A stretch of 64,000 bases of DNA, from contig NW_005434628.1 in the NCBI RefSeq assembly GCF_000315625.1, forward strand, positions 305,109 to 369,108, given 5' to 3'. The notes beneath the pieces were generated by a model. That model ran no database searches, had not been told where the DNA came from, and saw nothing but the letters and a program-made list of their open reading frames with translations. Position numbers and translations under genes: made by a program. How positions within the stretch are numbered: position 1 is the stretch's first letter; each line of letters opens with the position of its first letter. Below, piece after piece: positions 48,901 to 60,148 of the stretch. Origin of the DNA: Guillardia theta CCMP2712 (taxonomy: Eukaryota; Protista; Cryptophyta).

Positions 48901-51900
48901 TCGAGGAGGAGGAGGTGCCTGAGCCGGCCGACAGCTTTCGGGATCTCGTCCAGATTGTTTCCAGCCAGTCGGAGCTCAAGGAGAGCAGAGAGGGAGAAGA
49001 GAGAAGGATGCAGCTCAGTGAAGAGGTTGTCTTCAGCGTACAGCCGCTTGAGCTTCGAGAAGGCAGCAAGGTTCGGAGGAAGAGCACGGAGGAGGTTAGA
49101 GGAGAGGACGAGACGCGTTAGACCCGTCAACCTCCCAACCTTCATGGGCAGAGACTGCAGCTTGTTCTTGAACAGCTTCAGCTCGATCAGCGCTGTCTGT
49201 CTGCAGATGATGAGGGGGAGGGAAGTCAGTCCTAGAGCACTCAAGTCCAGCATCCTGTTCCTTTCCGAGTCATGCAGGCACCGAAGGTACCGCAGGATTC
49301 TGAACGTTCCTTGCTCGACTATGTCGGGAGGGGGAGACCGCAGTGGGTTCTCACCGACCTGCAAGTCGACCAGAGAGTTCATGTTCCCTGCATCGTTGGC
49401 TATCCATGTCAGCTCGTTTCGTCGGAGCCAGCAGATTCTGAGGACAGGAAGCTTGGGGAAGGTCGGGGGAAGCCTCTCGAGCTTGTTGTCTTCAGCGTAG
49501 AGCTCGGCGAGGCATGCGAGGAGGCCGATGGCATCCGGGAGGGAAGACAGGTTGTTCTCGGAGACGTTGAGAACTTTAAGACTCTTGACGTTGCAGATAT
49601 GGTCCGGGAGCGCGAGTAGCTGATTCTTCTGCAGTTGAATGTGCGTGAAGTCCGCCTGCTGAAACACCTCGGGAGGGAGCCAGCGGATGGAGAAAGAAAC
49701 GAGTCGTAGCTTCCCGGTCGTTTTTCCGTCGTTGACGTCGGCCAGGTAGGACATGCAGGCCTGAAACCCGTTGGTAACCACCGTCATGGGAGGAGACTCC
49801 AGTGGGTTGTTGTCAACAGACAAGGTCTGCAACGAGGAGCAGTTGCACAGCTCGTCCGGGAGGTGACGGAGGTCGTTGTGGGTGCAGCGGAGGACTGAGA
49901 GGTTGGTCAGGTTGCCGATGCTCGCTGGGAGCTTGAGGAGGAGGTTGTGACTGAGGTCAAGAGTCTCAAGGAGGCAGAGGGCTGACTTGTCCCCTAGGTC
50001 CTCAGGAAGAGTCGTCAGGAAGTTGTTGCAGATGCGTACCTCCCGCAGCCCCTCTAGGCTCCAGACTGTGGAAGGGACGTAGCGCAGCTGGAAGTTGTTT
50101 AGCTCGAGCTGGGCTGACTGGATCGACGCCCGGATACACCTCAAGACCTTCAGCACGATCTGGTGGGAGGAGCTCAGGGACTTCGGGGAGAGCCAGGGGA
50201 ACGTGTCGTTGCCGGAGAAGTCCAGGTTGACAAGGGAGGAGAGGGCGATCATCTCGATGGGGACCGAAGAGATCCTGTTGTTTGACAAGGAGAGGGAGGT
50301 GAGGTGAGTCAGAGTAAAAACAGGAGGAGGAATGTTTTGCAATCCTATGCCCGAGAGGTCGAGCGAGAGGGACGAAATGCCGTAGTAAAGGCCCTCGAAG
50401 TATCTGATCAAGCACCCCGTGGACTCTTGCCCGACCTTCACTTTCCTCAGCAAGTGTGCAAGCTGCTGCTGGTACTCCTCTGCAAAAGTTGGCCCTTCGT
50501 GCCTCACTGTATCACAGTCGACAGGCCTGAAGCATCGGTCAGGATCGAGTAGGCTGGCGCACAGACGTCGCTCACGAGAACTTGACAGCAGTCATGTTGC
50601 AGTAATCCAGCAGATGAAGTGGGCAAGAATTAATCTCATTTCCTTCAACGTTCAGATAGCATAACTTGAGCAGGTTTCGCATTTCCACCTTCCCCATCCT
50701 CTTTCAGTGCCCGGCAACCGCAAGCAAAGCTCTCACCGGAAGATCCACAAGCTTGTTGTAGGACAGGTCGAGAATCACGAGGTTGACGAGGTTCCCGATG
50801 CCACCATCAACGTCCACCAGCACGTTCTCGCTCATAGACAGAAAGGCAAGGGAGGTAAGGCAGCAGAGGGGTGGAGGGAAGAGCGTTATTTCGTTCCCGT
50901 CCAGCAGCAGCGTCTGGATGTTCCTCAACCTGTTTGTAATGGAGGAGTGCAGCAGGCAGGGGAAGCAAGCATGAAACAGTTAGTTCTGTGAGCAAACAAC
51001 CACGCAAGTCACCTGTCAAACCCATCGGGAAGCTGTGTCAGCTTGTTGTCTCGCAGGTCAGCGAAGACTAGGCTCTCCATCTCGCCGAAGGAGGGGCTGA
51101 TGGAATGAATCCCGCTGTTGCTCGCGAAGAAGCTCTGCAGGCACTTGAAGTCTCCGATGCCCTCAATGATTTCAAAGGTCTCCACGTTGGAGATTTGCAA
51201 TGACGTCAGGACTGTGCATAGGCGGTGCGCATGGTGGACGGCGTCGGTCCTCAGGACCTTAAGGTAGTCGAGGGTCAGGTGCAGCTCCTGCCTCTCATGG
51301 GCGATCAGAAGGTTCCTCAGCGCATGGAACAGGTCGGAGATCTCAAGGTCTGCGATCGCCACGAAAGGCTCTCGCAGCACGTTGTCCTGCAGGTTGAGGG
51401 TAGTGAGGGCGGTACAGCTGCACAGCTCCAGTGGCACTTCGTGGAGTCTGTTCCCTTGGAGGAGGAGAACCTTGAGGTTGCCCAGCTGCCCAATCTCTGG
51501 AGCGATCTGGACGAGGCAGTTGTTGTGGAGGAAGAGGCTCTTCATCGACTGAAACTCCCCGATCGCCGGGGGGATCTTTACCAGCTGATTGGCGTCCAAC
51601 TCGAGGGTATGCAGGAGTTTCAGGCTGCGCAGACTGGAAGGGAACTCCACGAGGTCGTTGTTGCTCAGCTTGATGGAGACCAGTCGCTCGGAGAGCCTGA
51701 TCTGCTGCGGCAGCGAGCTGAGCTTCAAGCTCTCCCAGTGCAAGCTCCCGTTCACTTCTGCCTCCCTGCTCCTCTCTTGGAGGAGAGCCAAGGTTTGGTT
51801 GGGATCCATGGGGTCAGCCAGTCTCCTCAACTAGCATACACCATATCGATCATCTGCATGACAACCATGACGTGTTCAAACATGTTTCAGATCTCAGTGA

Positions 51901-52110
51901 GCGTCGGGGATCGGCGCTGGCACGCACAACTCCCAGAGGATCTTTGAGCCTTCCTGCATCTCTCCAAGGCATATTCGAGCGGCATGTACATCTCGCATCA
52001 CCTTGTGTTTGTCTATCGCATCATCAGCTCGTCACTTGTTGTCATCATTGCGATCCTGCTTGCTTGCTCTTCTCCTCCTTCCATCTGCCCTCGTCCTCCC
52101 CCGACGCCAT
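39933..52110 (-). CDS. Giant leucine-rich-repeat protein (>3,000 aa) made of tandem capped LRR cassettes
   Basis: The 2474-aa ORF 43083-50507 is continuous LxxLxLxxNxLxxLPxxI repeats punctuated by NPLxSPPxE(I/V)xxxGxxxIxxYL caps; flanking exons (51009-51830, 50750-50935, 39933-43060) encode the same repeats. Terminal exons approximate. Confidence 0.9.
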
Positions 52111-52144
52111 GTTGGAGCTACTCGCTCAGTTGATTGCTTGGTGC

Positions 52145-52635
52145 TCCCGGGTCTAGGCCCCGGCCGGCCTGCCGGGTTCGACTCACTGTCAGTCCGTCCC
52201 GGCCCGGCCCGGCGGCCGCGCGGACCGTACCGTCGGACTCCCGGCGGCACTGAGTGACAGTGACCGTGGAGTCGGCCCGGTGACTGCCGTATGGTACTAC
52301 ACCGCCGTGCACCGGCCCGGTCCGACCACAACCACGGTTGAATAACTTTGAGTAATCTTTTTCTTAGTAGAGCCGCTTTTTCTTACCCGGGCCGGTTTAC
52401 TCAGTTGAGTAAACTTTTCGGCCCCCGTGAAGTTAAAGCTTTTTCTTAGTTGAACTTTGCCAAATTGAGTAAACTTTTTCTTAGATTAGGTAGTACTGTA
52501 GACTCGAGAGAGAGAGAGAGTCCGGTCAACTTTCAACTGTAAGTTCGATACCGGGCCGCCGTTCCGAGTTCCGGGTTGACTAGAATGATGTCTTTCATTT
52601 TTTACCTTCGGTTGACAAGAATGATGTCTTTTTTT
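52145..52635. promoter_or_regulatory. Divergent intergenic region: CGG/CCG patch, repeated TTGAGTAA/CTTTTTCTTA motifs, short duplication
   Basis: CGG-rich 52148-52340; ttgagtaa x3 and tttttctta x4 in 52345-52490; ggttgac(t/a)agaatgatgtcttt twice (~52574 and ~52610). Confidence 0.5.
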
Positions 52636-52669
52636 CGAAGGCAACAACCCCACAAGCAAGCTCTGCACG

Positions 52670-55084
52670 ATGTCATGGGCGCTAGACCTGAGGCAAGTGG
52701 AGGATGCAGGACGAGGAGGATGGAAGAGAGAGAAGACAGAGCCGAGCAATGTCCTACAGGTGATCTTCCTTTTCGCACAAGTGATAACTCAAATCGTGCG
52801 ACTGAGTTCGGAATGTTGCGAACTTGTGGCTCGAACGGAAACTTCTTTGAGAAGATCACGCGTGCTATCAATCAGGTGCCGTTTGACGTCAAGACCATCC
52901 AACTGGCCTTGGATCAGGCCAAAGGTAGCGGCGCGCGGACTGTCACCTGATGGGATGGCTGAATGTGATCATATCAGATGGAGATATTATTGCCGTCACC
53001 CCAGGAGAATACGTTGAGAGCGTTGTTGTCCGGTCAGACGTGACCATCCGAGCAGAAATACCTTCTTTCCATCCTCCTGGAGCGGTTTGATCCGCTGCCC
53101 CTGCTGCCGTCATCTGAACCTCGTGCAGTCGAGGGAGGTGAGGATCGTGGCGTCAGGAGAGGGGAGTACCATCCGGGTGTCAGCATCAGAGAGGAAGGAA
53201 GGAGACAGGGCGAGAACAAGGATCACCCCCCGAGTTCTGATCGGAGATGTAAGGAGAAGGGGGGTGGGGTTATGAGCGGGGCTGATGCTCTCCCTGCGTC
53301 AGATTACTTTGATGTGCAAGTCGGACGTCCTGTCGGATCACGTGTTAGAGGTCGATGGCGCGTATGTGCACGTTGAGAGCTGTAGCATCGTTGGAGGTAG
53401 GGAGATTGCGGACAAGAGGCATGCTAGCAGATCTTCATGTCATTGACAGGAACACATGGGATATTTGCTTGCAACCATGGAGAAGTGAAGATGAGTTTGA
53501 GTGAGGTGTCAGGGGCGAGCAGGGCGGGGATCAGTTGCTTCAGCGGGGCGAGGGTGCACGTACAGGACAGTAGGATCTTGAACAATGGGGAGAACGGAGT
53601 TGCTGTTTGTGGATGGTCTATCGACAAGGTGAACGATTCAACATGGAATTGTTTTGAGATGCTTCATTCATGACGGCATTTGCAACAACAGAATCACTTT
53701 GGGTCGAGAGTTGTCGTAGAAACTTCTAAGATCTACAACAACAAGATGTTCGGAGTGATGGTGAGATGATGTTGGAAGGAAGCATGCCTTGACATTCCAG
53801 CTAAGGCGTACGGAGGAGGCAACGTCAGCCTAAGAGGAGACGACATCATGAACAACGAGAAAGGAGGTTTATTCTTGATGAGTGAAGGTTGCAGATATCT
53901 TATCAAGGCTGCTTCCGAGCTGACATACCAGCACAGAGACTGTAGCAGACGTCGAGTACTGCAGGATCAAGGGGAACGGCTGTTATGGAGCAATCATGTA
54001 TGTGCGTTCTCGCAAACGTTTGCCGATTGAAATCATCTCGACTTCCACAGGCATGCAGAGCACAGGTCTATACCCAAGTCGCTAAGAGTCATCAAGTAAG
54101 TCTCCCTGTTGCTTGCACGCTTGCTGTCTGCTCAAATCTCCTGCCATGCTGTGGGGCACCACCGCTCGGAGGGTGCTGAGGACAGGATGCGCAGGAGCGA
54201 CGTGCGTGAGAATGAGTTCGGAGCATGGAAGATCCATCCGTCTCTGAGCAAGCAAGCTGACATCTATGCCGCAAGCAACCGGACGAGCCAGGTAGAATCA
54301 TGGCGGCACGACGAGGATCAACTGACGAGGATCAACTGACTCGCCTGCCCCTCCCTTGCCAATTCCTTCTCTTCCGTTTCCATTCCTTCCTTCTCTTTCC
54401 TTTCCATGGCCCTTTTCCTGCCTTCTCCTTCCTGTTCCTTTTTTCCATCCCCCCCTTCTTTCTCGTTTGCTAACGTCTCTTCTTCCCTTCCCCTTTTCTT
54501 CCCTTCTACGGCTCTCTTATTCTCTTTCCTTTCTCCTTCCCTTCCACGGCCATCTTCTCGTCTTCACTGCCCTCCTCTCTTCTTTCCTTTCTTCCTCTGT
54601 CCCCCTGTCTCCAGGACGACGACATGGACGATGAGGACGACGATGCTGACATCAAAGGATGGCTGGGCGCCATGGGCATGCAGCATCTCCAGGAGTTCTT
54701 CGCACGTGTGCGAATATCCTCCCTGAGAGAGGCTCGAGCGCTGTCCATCGACGTGAGCAAGAATCGACTCCTTCCGTCCTCCCCCTTGAGCTCATAGCAC
54801 AAACTCCTTGCTCTCTCTTCCAGTCCCCTCCCCACTCCTCTTAGTAAGAACCCCACCTTCCCCACTCCTTTCTCTTAGGAAGAATCCTTGCCTGTATTCT
54901 GCTTCCCCTCTTCGCAAGAGATCCTCACCCCCCCCTTCCCTCCCTCCCTCCTCTTGTCCCGTCCCGCCTTGACCTGCTGCAGGACATGAAGGGGATGGGC
55001 ATCGCCGACGAGTTCGCCCGCAGGCTGATCCTGAACCGGGTCACCAAGACCGTGACGTCGAGACGGGCAAAGGAGATCGCGTGA
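52670..55084 (+). CDS. Right-handed parallel beta-helix (PbH1) protein with C-terminal SAM domain, multi-exon
   Basis: NVLQ-VPFDVKTIQLALD..DGDIIAVTPGEY; repeats SRILNNGENGV, SKIYNNKMFGV, DIMNNEKGGL, CRIKGNGCYG; SAM-like IKGWLGAMGMQHLQEFF..DMKGMGIADEFARRLILNR. Confidence 0.75.
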
Positions 55085-55609
55085 GAGTAAATCAAAATCC
55101 AGTCGCCTTCACCACCCGTCCCTCTTCTAATAGCTCCTAGCTCATGGCGATCTCCCTCGCAGTCACTCACCCCTACCTTCTCACTCTATCACTCCTCCTC
55201 TCCTCTCTTTTCATCCCCCTCCCCCCCCTCCTCTCCTCTCCTCTCCTCTCCTCTCCTCTCCTCTCCTCTCCTCTCCTCTCCTCTCTTCCCCGTCTGCTAC
55301 CTACCCGCTCTGCTGCCCCCTTCTACCGTACGATTTTTGAGTGGGCGGATTTCTGTCCCCAGAATGTCAGTCTAATAAAGGACCAGAGCGAAAATGGAGG
55401 GGGCGGGGGGGGAGGACTTGGAGGGAGGGAGCAGGAGAGTACAGGGGAGGAAAGATGGGGATGGAAGGGTATCGGAGCCAGGAGAGGGTGATGATGAGAG
55501 GACGAGGTAGCTTCTCTTGTAACACGGCATGCCTGCTGTCCTCCGAAGCTGCAGAGGACCGTGATGTTTGTTTGTTCCGCGATGACTCGGTAGACGGCAG
55601 GGGAGGACG

Positions 55610-57981
55610 ATGCGCTCAGGACAGGCTGGAATGCTCTTCCGGACTTTTGTCATGTCTGCGGCATCATGCGACAGATCTGCGAACCTGGTGGTGGTAGGAG
55701 GAGGCATCTCAGGTAGACTGAAGGGAGGACGGGAGATGCAGTTGCCTTGCCTAAGAACGATGGCAGGACTATCAGCAGCGGTCAAGCTGCATCAGCACGG
55801 GTTCAAAGTGAAGGTGCTGGAGGCGTCCGAGAAAGTTGGGGGGAGGATGAGAAGCCTGTACGGTCCTGCTGGGGTTGTCGAGATAGGAGCGCAGTGGATG
55901 CATGGGACTGTCGGGAACCCTGTGTATGACCTGGCAAAGAAGGAAGGGCTTATGGAGGAGGAGGAGAAATATATGAGAATGCAGGACGAGACCTTCGGTC
56001 GCATGTGCTTCGTCAAGGAAGGAGGGGAGGAGGTGGATGAACAAGTGCTGGAGGACGTCGTGTCAGCGTACGACGACTTGCTGGAAGAGTTGGAGCAGGG
56101 CATGGCAGCGCCGGCAGGCTCAGCTGAAGATTACATCCGGTATGCGAGCAGCGTGAAGGATGCTGCTGCTGACTTGCTGTCCTTGTGCTGTAAGGCGAAG
56201 GCTGGGAGAAGAAGGGGCTCTAAACAAGCATGCGGGGTTGGAAGACGACGTGGAGAGGGTCTTGGAATGGAAGAGCCGCATGTTTGTGTTGTGCTCTCCG
56301 CTCTGACAGTGAAGTGAAGGAGTGCAAACAGGCAAGGGAACATCGATGGCTCTCACCCTTCCACCGTGTCCACTTCACACTTCATCAACTTCAAGGAGCT
56401 TGAGGGTGCGTACGGTCAACAGTAATTCCCTCCACTAGTGGGTCTCACGCCAGTGAGCAGGAGAACGAATCCTTCCTGTGCCCTGCGGATACTCAAAGAT
56501 CGTACAATCCCTCGCGAATCTTCTTCCTGCAGATGCTGTCGTCACCTCTGCTAGAGTCTCGAGCATCTCAACTCTTGTTGACCAAGAGGTTGGCAGTGCT
56601 GTCCCCTTCCTTGCTTGACCTGTGAGCCCTTGGTGTAGGATGAAGAGAGGATCAAACTTGTGTGTAGCAATGGACAAGAATACTTTGCAGATGATGTTAT
56701 TGTTGCCACGTCCCTTGGTGTTCTAAAACACTCAGGTCTCCTTCTGCCAACTTCTTCCTCCTACTTCTTCCCTCCCGCTTTCCCCCTCCTCCCTCCTCCC
56801 TCCTCCCTCCTGGCTGTCGGTTGCTTACACTTCATCTGTTCAGATATCCAGTTCGATCCGGAGCTGCCGCAGTGGAAGCGAGAGGCGATCAGCAGGATGG
56901 GGATGGGTGTGGTGAGTGCGAGGCAGCTGTAAAAGTCGCGCCTGATCTCCTCCCAGGTCGAGAAGGTTTTCTTCGAATTCACTGAGGAGTGAGTCGGGTT
57001 GTTGGCGAGCAAGACGAGCTTCTGACCTTGAGTTTGCTCATGAACTCTCAGCGACATGGAGACTATGGAGGTGAACTTCAGCACCTCCCCCCGTCTCTCC
57101 TCATCCTCTTCCCAGGAGAAGGGATTCTGCTTCCGAAGCATGTGAACCCTGCTTCTGAGACCTCCTCCGGACTGTGGCCTGACCCTCAAACTTGCCACAG
57201 CCTTCCAAGGCAACAGGATGAACAGAGTCTAAGCTTTCTTTGCCGAGCCACAGGCATGTACAGAGTCCCGATGTCAAGGTAATTTCTCCCCTCCCCTCCC
57301 ACCCTCCTCCCAAGTGCATGACGCAAGTGGCAGGTACGTTTGCATGTGGCTGACTGGAGCGGATGTCTCGGAAAAGCTCAGCAAGACGTCGGATGAAGAG
57401 CTCATCTCACAATTTGTATGCAGACTTTCATGCACGCCTTCCTTCCTCACTCCCCCCAATCAACCGCTCTCCTCCATTCCTGACTCCCTTCCCAGTCCAC
57501 AGTGACCGATCCTCCCCTGCGCCTGTTTCTCCTATGGGCTACTTCCTCTTATTCCTCTCCTCTCAGTCTCCTTCAATCTCTCCTCCTCCTTTCTTGAACT
57601 GCATCGTCATCAGGTACAGCTCGTCAGGGCTTTCGCGCGCCCCACGGACCAGCCTCACATCCCCAGCCCATTCAACGTGGTCAGGTCGAGCTGGGGAAGT
57701 GACCCTCACTTCAGGAAGGCTCCAGCTGGGGAGATTCGAGCTGACTTGTCGTGAGCAGGGGGTCCTACTCCTTCCTCTCGACCTCGTCAACACAGGAGGA
57801 TATCCGTGCGCTGGGAGAGCCTGTTGTTGTCGGCAGCCAACAGAAGGCTTGCCATATCTGCTTCGCGGGGGAGGCGACCCACGAGAACTTCTATGGGACC
57901 GTCCATGGCGCCTACCTGGCCGGGGAAAGAGAAGCTCGGAGGATGATTCGTCTCCGATCAGCGCAGCCCATCGGCGACTGA
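55610..57981 (+). CDS. Flavin-containing amine oxidase (polyamine/spermine oxidase-like), multi-exon
   Basis: VVVGGGIS-GLSAA, VLEASEKVGGR, EIGAQWMHGTVGNPVYDLA, ADDVIVATSLGVLK, FDPELPQWKREAISRMGMG-VVEKVF, GSYS, FAGEATHENFYGTVHGAYLAGEREA. Confidence 0.92.
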
Positions 57982-58039
57982 GAAGCCGTTTGTGGACCAC
58001 CCGCCGCATTCGTCCGAGTCGTAATCAACGTACGGAGGC

Positions 58040-58400
58040 TTCGATCATCGGATTCCGTCGGAGCTGAGCGCGACGGTGACCGGCCGATCCAATAGCCTCC
58101 GAGGCTCCGACGTGCACCCAGTGACACTCAGTCACGGCCCGGCCGGGCGGCGACTCCCGCGGGCCTGGCATGATCCCGGCGACGGCGGATCGGACGCGTC
58201 ATGGCATGATCCGTACGGTGGACTCGGACGGCACCGTGTACCGATACTTCCGATCGATCCGTTCCGAACTTGAAGTTTCTGAGGCTACTGAGCGGCCTAC
58301 GGTACGGTAGCGGCCCGGCCCGCCGGCCGGCCCCGCGGCGCGGCGCCGGGGCGCGATCCGATCGGATCGGACCCCGAGCCGGCCCGGCACTGGCAATGAT
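58040..58400. other. Largest CGG/CCG-rich quasi-palindromic patch
   Basis: cagtcacggcccggccggg..ccgtacgg..tacggtacggtagcggcccggcccgccggccggccccgcggcgcggcgccgggg..gatccgatcggatcgg. Confidence 0.6.
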
Positions 58401-58592
58401 TGATTAGTCAACTTAATGATTCGCGGGCTTGCCTCGTCTTGGTAGCTGGAGAGGCAAACATTGACTTTTACGTGACAGTTGCACCCACAGAGTTGACGGG
58501 CCGGCAAGGCATCAGCCAGCCCAACATAATATGAATATCTTGAATAAATTTGAAATATGCATGAAACATTTCATGTAGCTGAATCTCTCATT

Positions 58593-58645
58593 GGTGGGTG
58601 TGGGTGGTGGGTGGTGGGTGGTGGGTGGTGGGTGGTGGGTGGTGG
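58593..58645. repeat. (GGTGGGT)n heptamer repeat
   Basis: Tandem ggtgggt units. Confidence 0.9.
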
Positions 58646-59073
58646 ATTGTATCCAACATTGAACGCCACCCTATAGTCCCCTTTGTATGGAGGTAGAGAA
58701 GGGGGGTGATCAATTATTTCGGATCAACTTTCATGACGCGTTGCAGCATGGGGGTGGGGTCAAAAAGGTTTTACAACTTTTTACAAGACACTCCGAGGAC
58801 GTGACTGTTTGCTATGAGCGGTCACATTCATTGTATCCATTTCTCTGCCGAGAGTATCAAAAGACTTTCTTTCGAATCTGTACTACCACCAACAATTATA
58901 AAATGACCCCTAGGATTTTAGCTATAAATTTTTAAAAGTACCCCCCGTATCCGAAGATGTTTTACTACCCCACCTTCCCCTACACAGATCTATCTGTTCT
59001 CCAACCACCCCGTCTAGTTACTTACTACCCCCCATGTCCCCAATGATAACTCTTAGGTCCTCGGTCTCCCCTG

Positions 59074-59165
59074 CTACCCTACCCTACCCTACCCTACCCT
59101 ACCCTACCCTACCCTACCCTACCCTACCCTACCCTACCCTACCCTACCCTACCCTACCATACCCT
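59074..59165. repeat. (CTACC)n = (TAGGG)n pentamer array, telomere-like and G-quadruplex-capable
   Basis: About 17 perfect taccc units. Confidence 0.95.
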
Positions 59166-60148
59166 GTCAATCTAACACAAGGAAAACCCCCCAAAGTTCA
59201 TACAAGTATTCTATATTCCTTTTATTTTAACATCCTTGGCACCAATGAGACTACCCTACCTACAAAAATATCCGACGATTCTACTAAGAGGGACGGGTCA
59301 CGATATGTTTTGAACTTTACGCTACCTCATTCGGCAGAAAGCTCGGAGGTACCCCTCTCACTTCTCCACCACCGGGGTACATGAGGGACAAAACCACCTA
59401 CCCCCAAGAGACGAAAGCAGTTACCTTGGGACAATTGAAAGTTAAATGGTTCGGAAAAGGGTGGGGTCATACAGGATCCAAACGTGGTGGGTTCTGATAT
59501 TTTGGAGAGGTGGGTAGAGCAATAGTTAATAGTACGCGAGATGAAAGCGATCGATACAGATGGGAGGATAGAAATAGGGGTGGGGTACGGGGCTAAGACA
59601 TTCCAACTCGGGGTGATGGTAAAAGACTTTGATGATTTTGGGGGGTAGGGGTTGATTCTAGGGGAGGTCAATGTGGAGGATCTCGGATGGTAGACGAGGT
59701 GGAGGGGGTGGGGTGGGAGTTGCTTTCCTCGTGGACTTCTGCGTAGCAGTCCTGCTGGAAGTCTTTGCAGCCCCCCCCCCCCCCCTGGCGAATCTCCTCG
59801 GTCCCTCGCTCCCTTCCTCTCTCCCTCGGTCCCTTCTTCTCTCCTCCCTTTCTCCTCCGGCTTGTTCCCTCCGGGCGAACCCACTCTTTGTCATACCCCC
59901 TCTCCCTTCCCTACGCTCCTCTCTGTCTCACCATCTCTTGCCTGGATTCTGAACTTATTCTTTCCCACCGTACGTTTGTTTGCCTGCTTGCTCACAAGTT
60001 CTCGCTGCATCTGAAACACACGCTGGGATCGGTTGTTCCTTCTCGCTCCTCGCTCCTTTCGCCCAAGGTGACCAGAAAGCCCGCTACTATTATCGTTTGG
60101 AGGGACTGAACTGTACTCCGTCAGGCAAAACCTGTACCCCTCTGAAGC

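Noticed and set aside
48217-49500. 427-aa plus-strand ORF and other long antisense ORFs over the LRR gene
   Set aside because: Shadow frames of a GC-biased, Leu-rich coding strand; no protein-like features.
52345-52490. CRISPR-like repeat-spacer appearance
   Set aside because: Repeats are short, degenerate and irregularly spaced; eukaryotic context with no cas genes.
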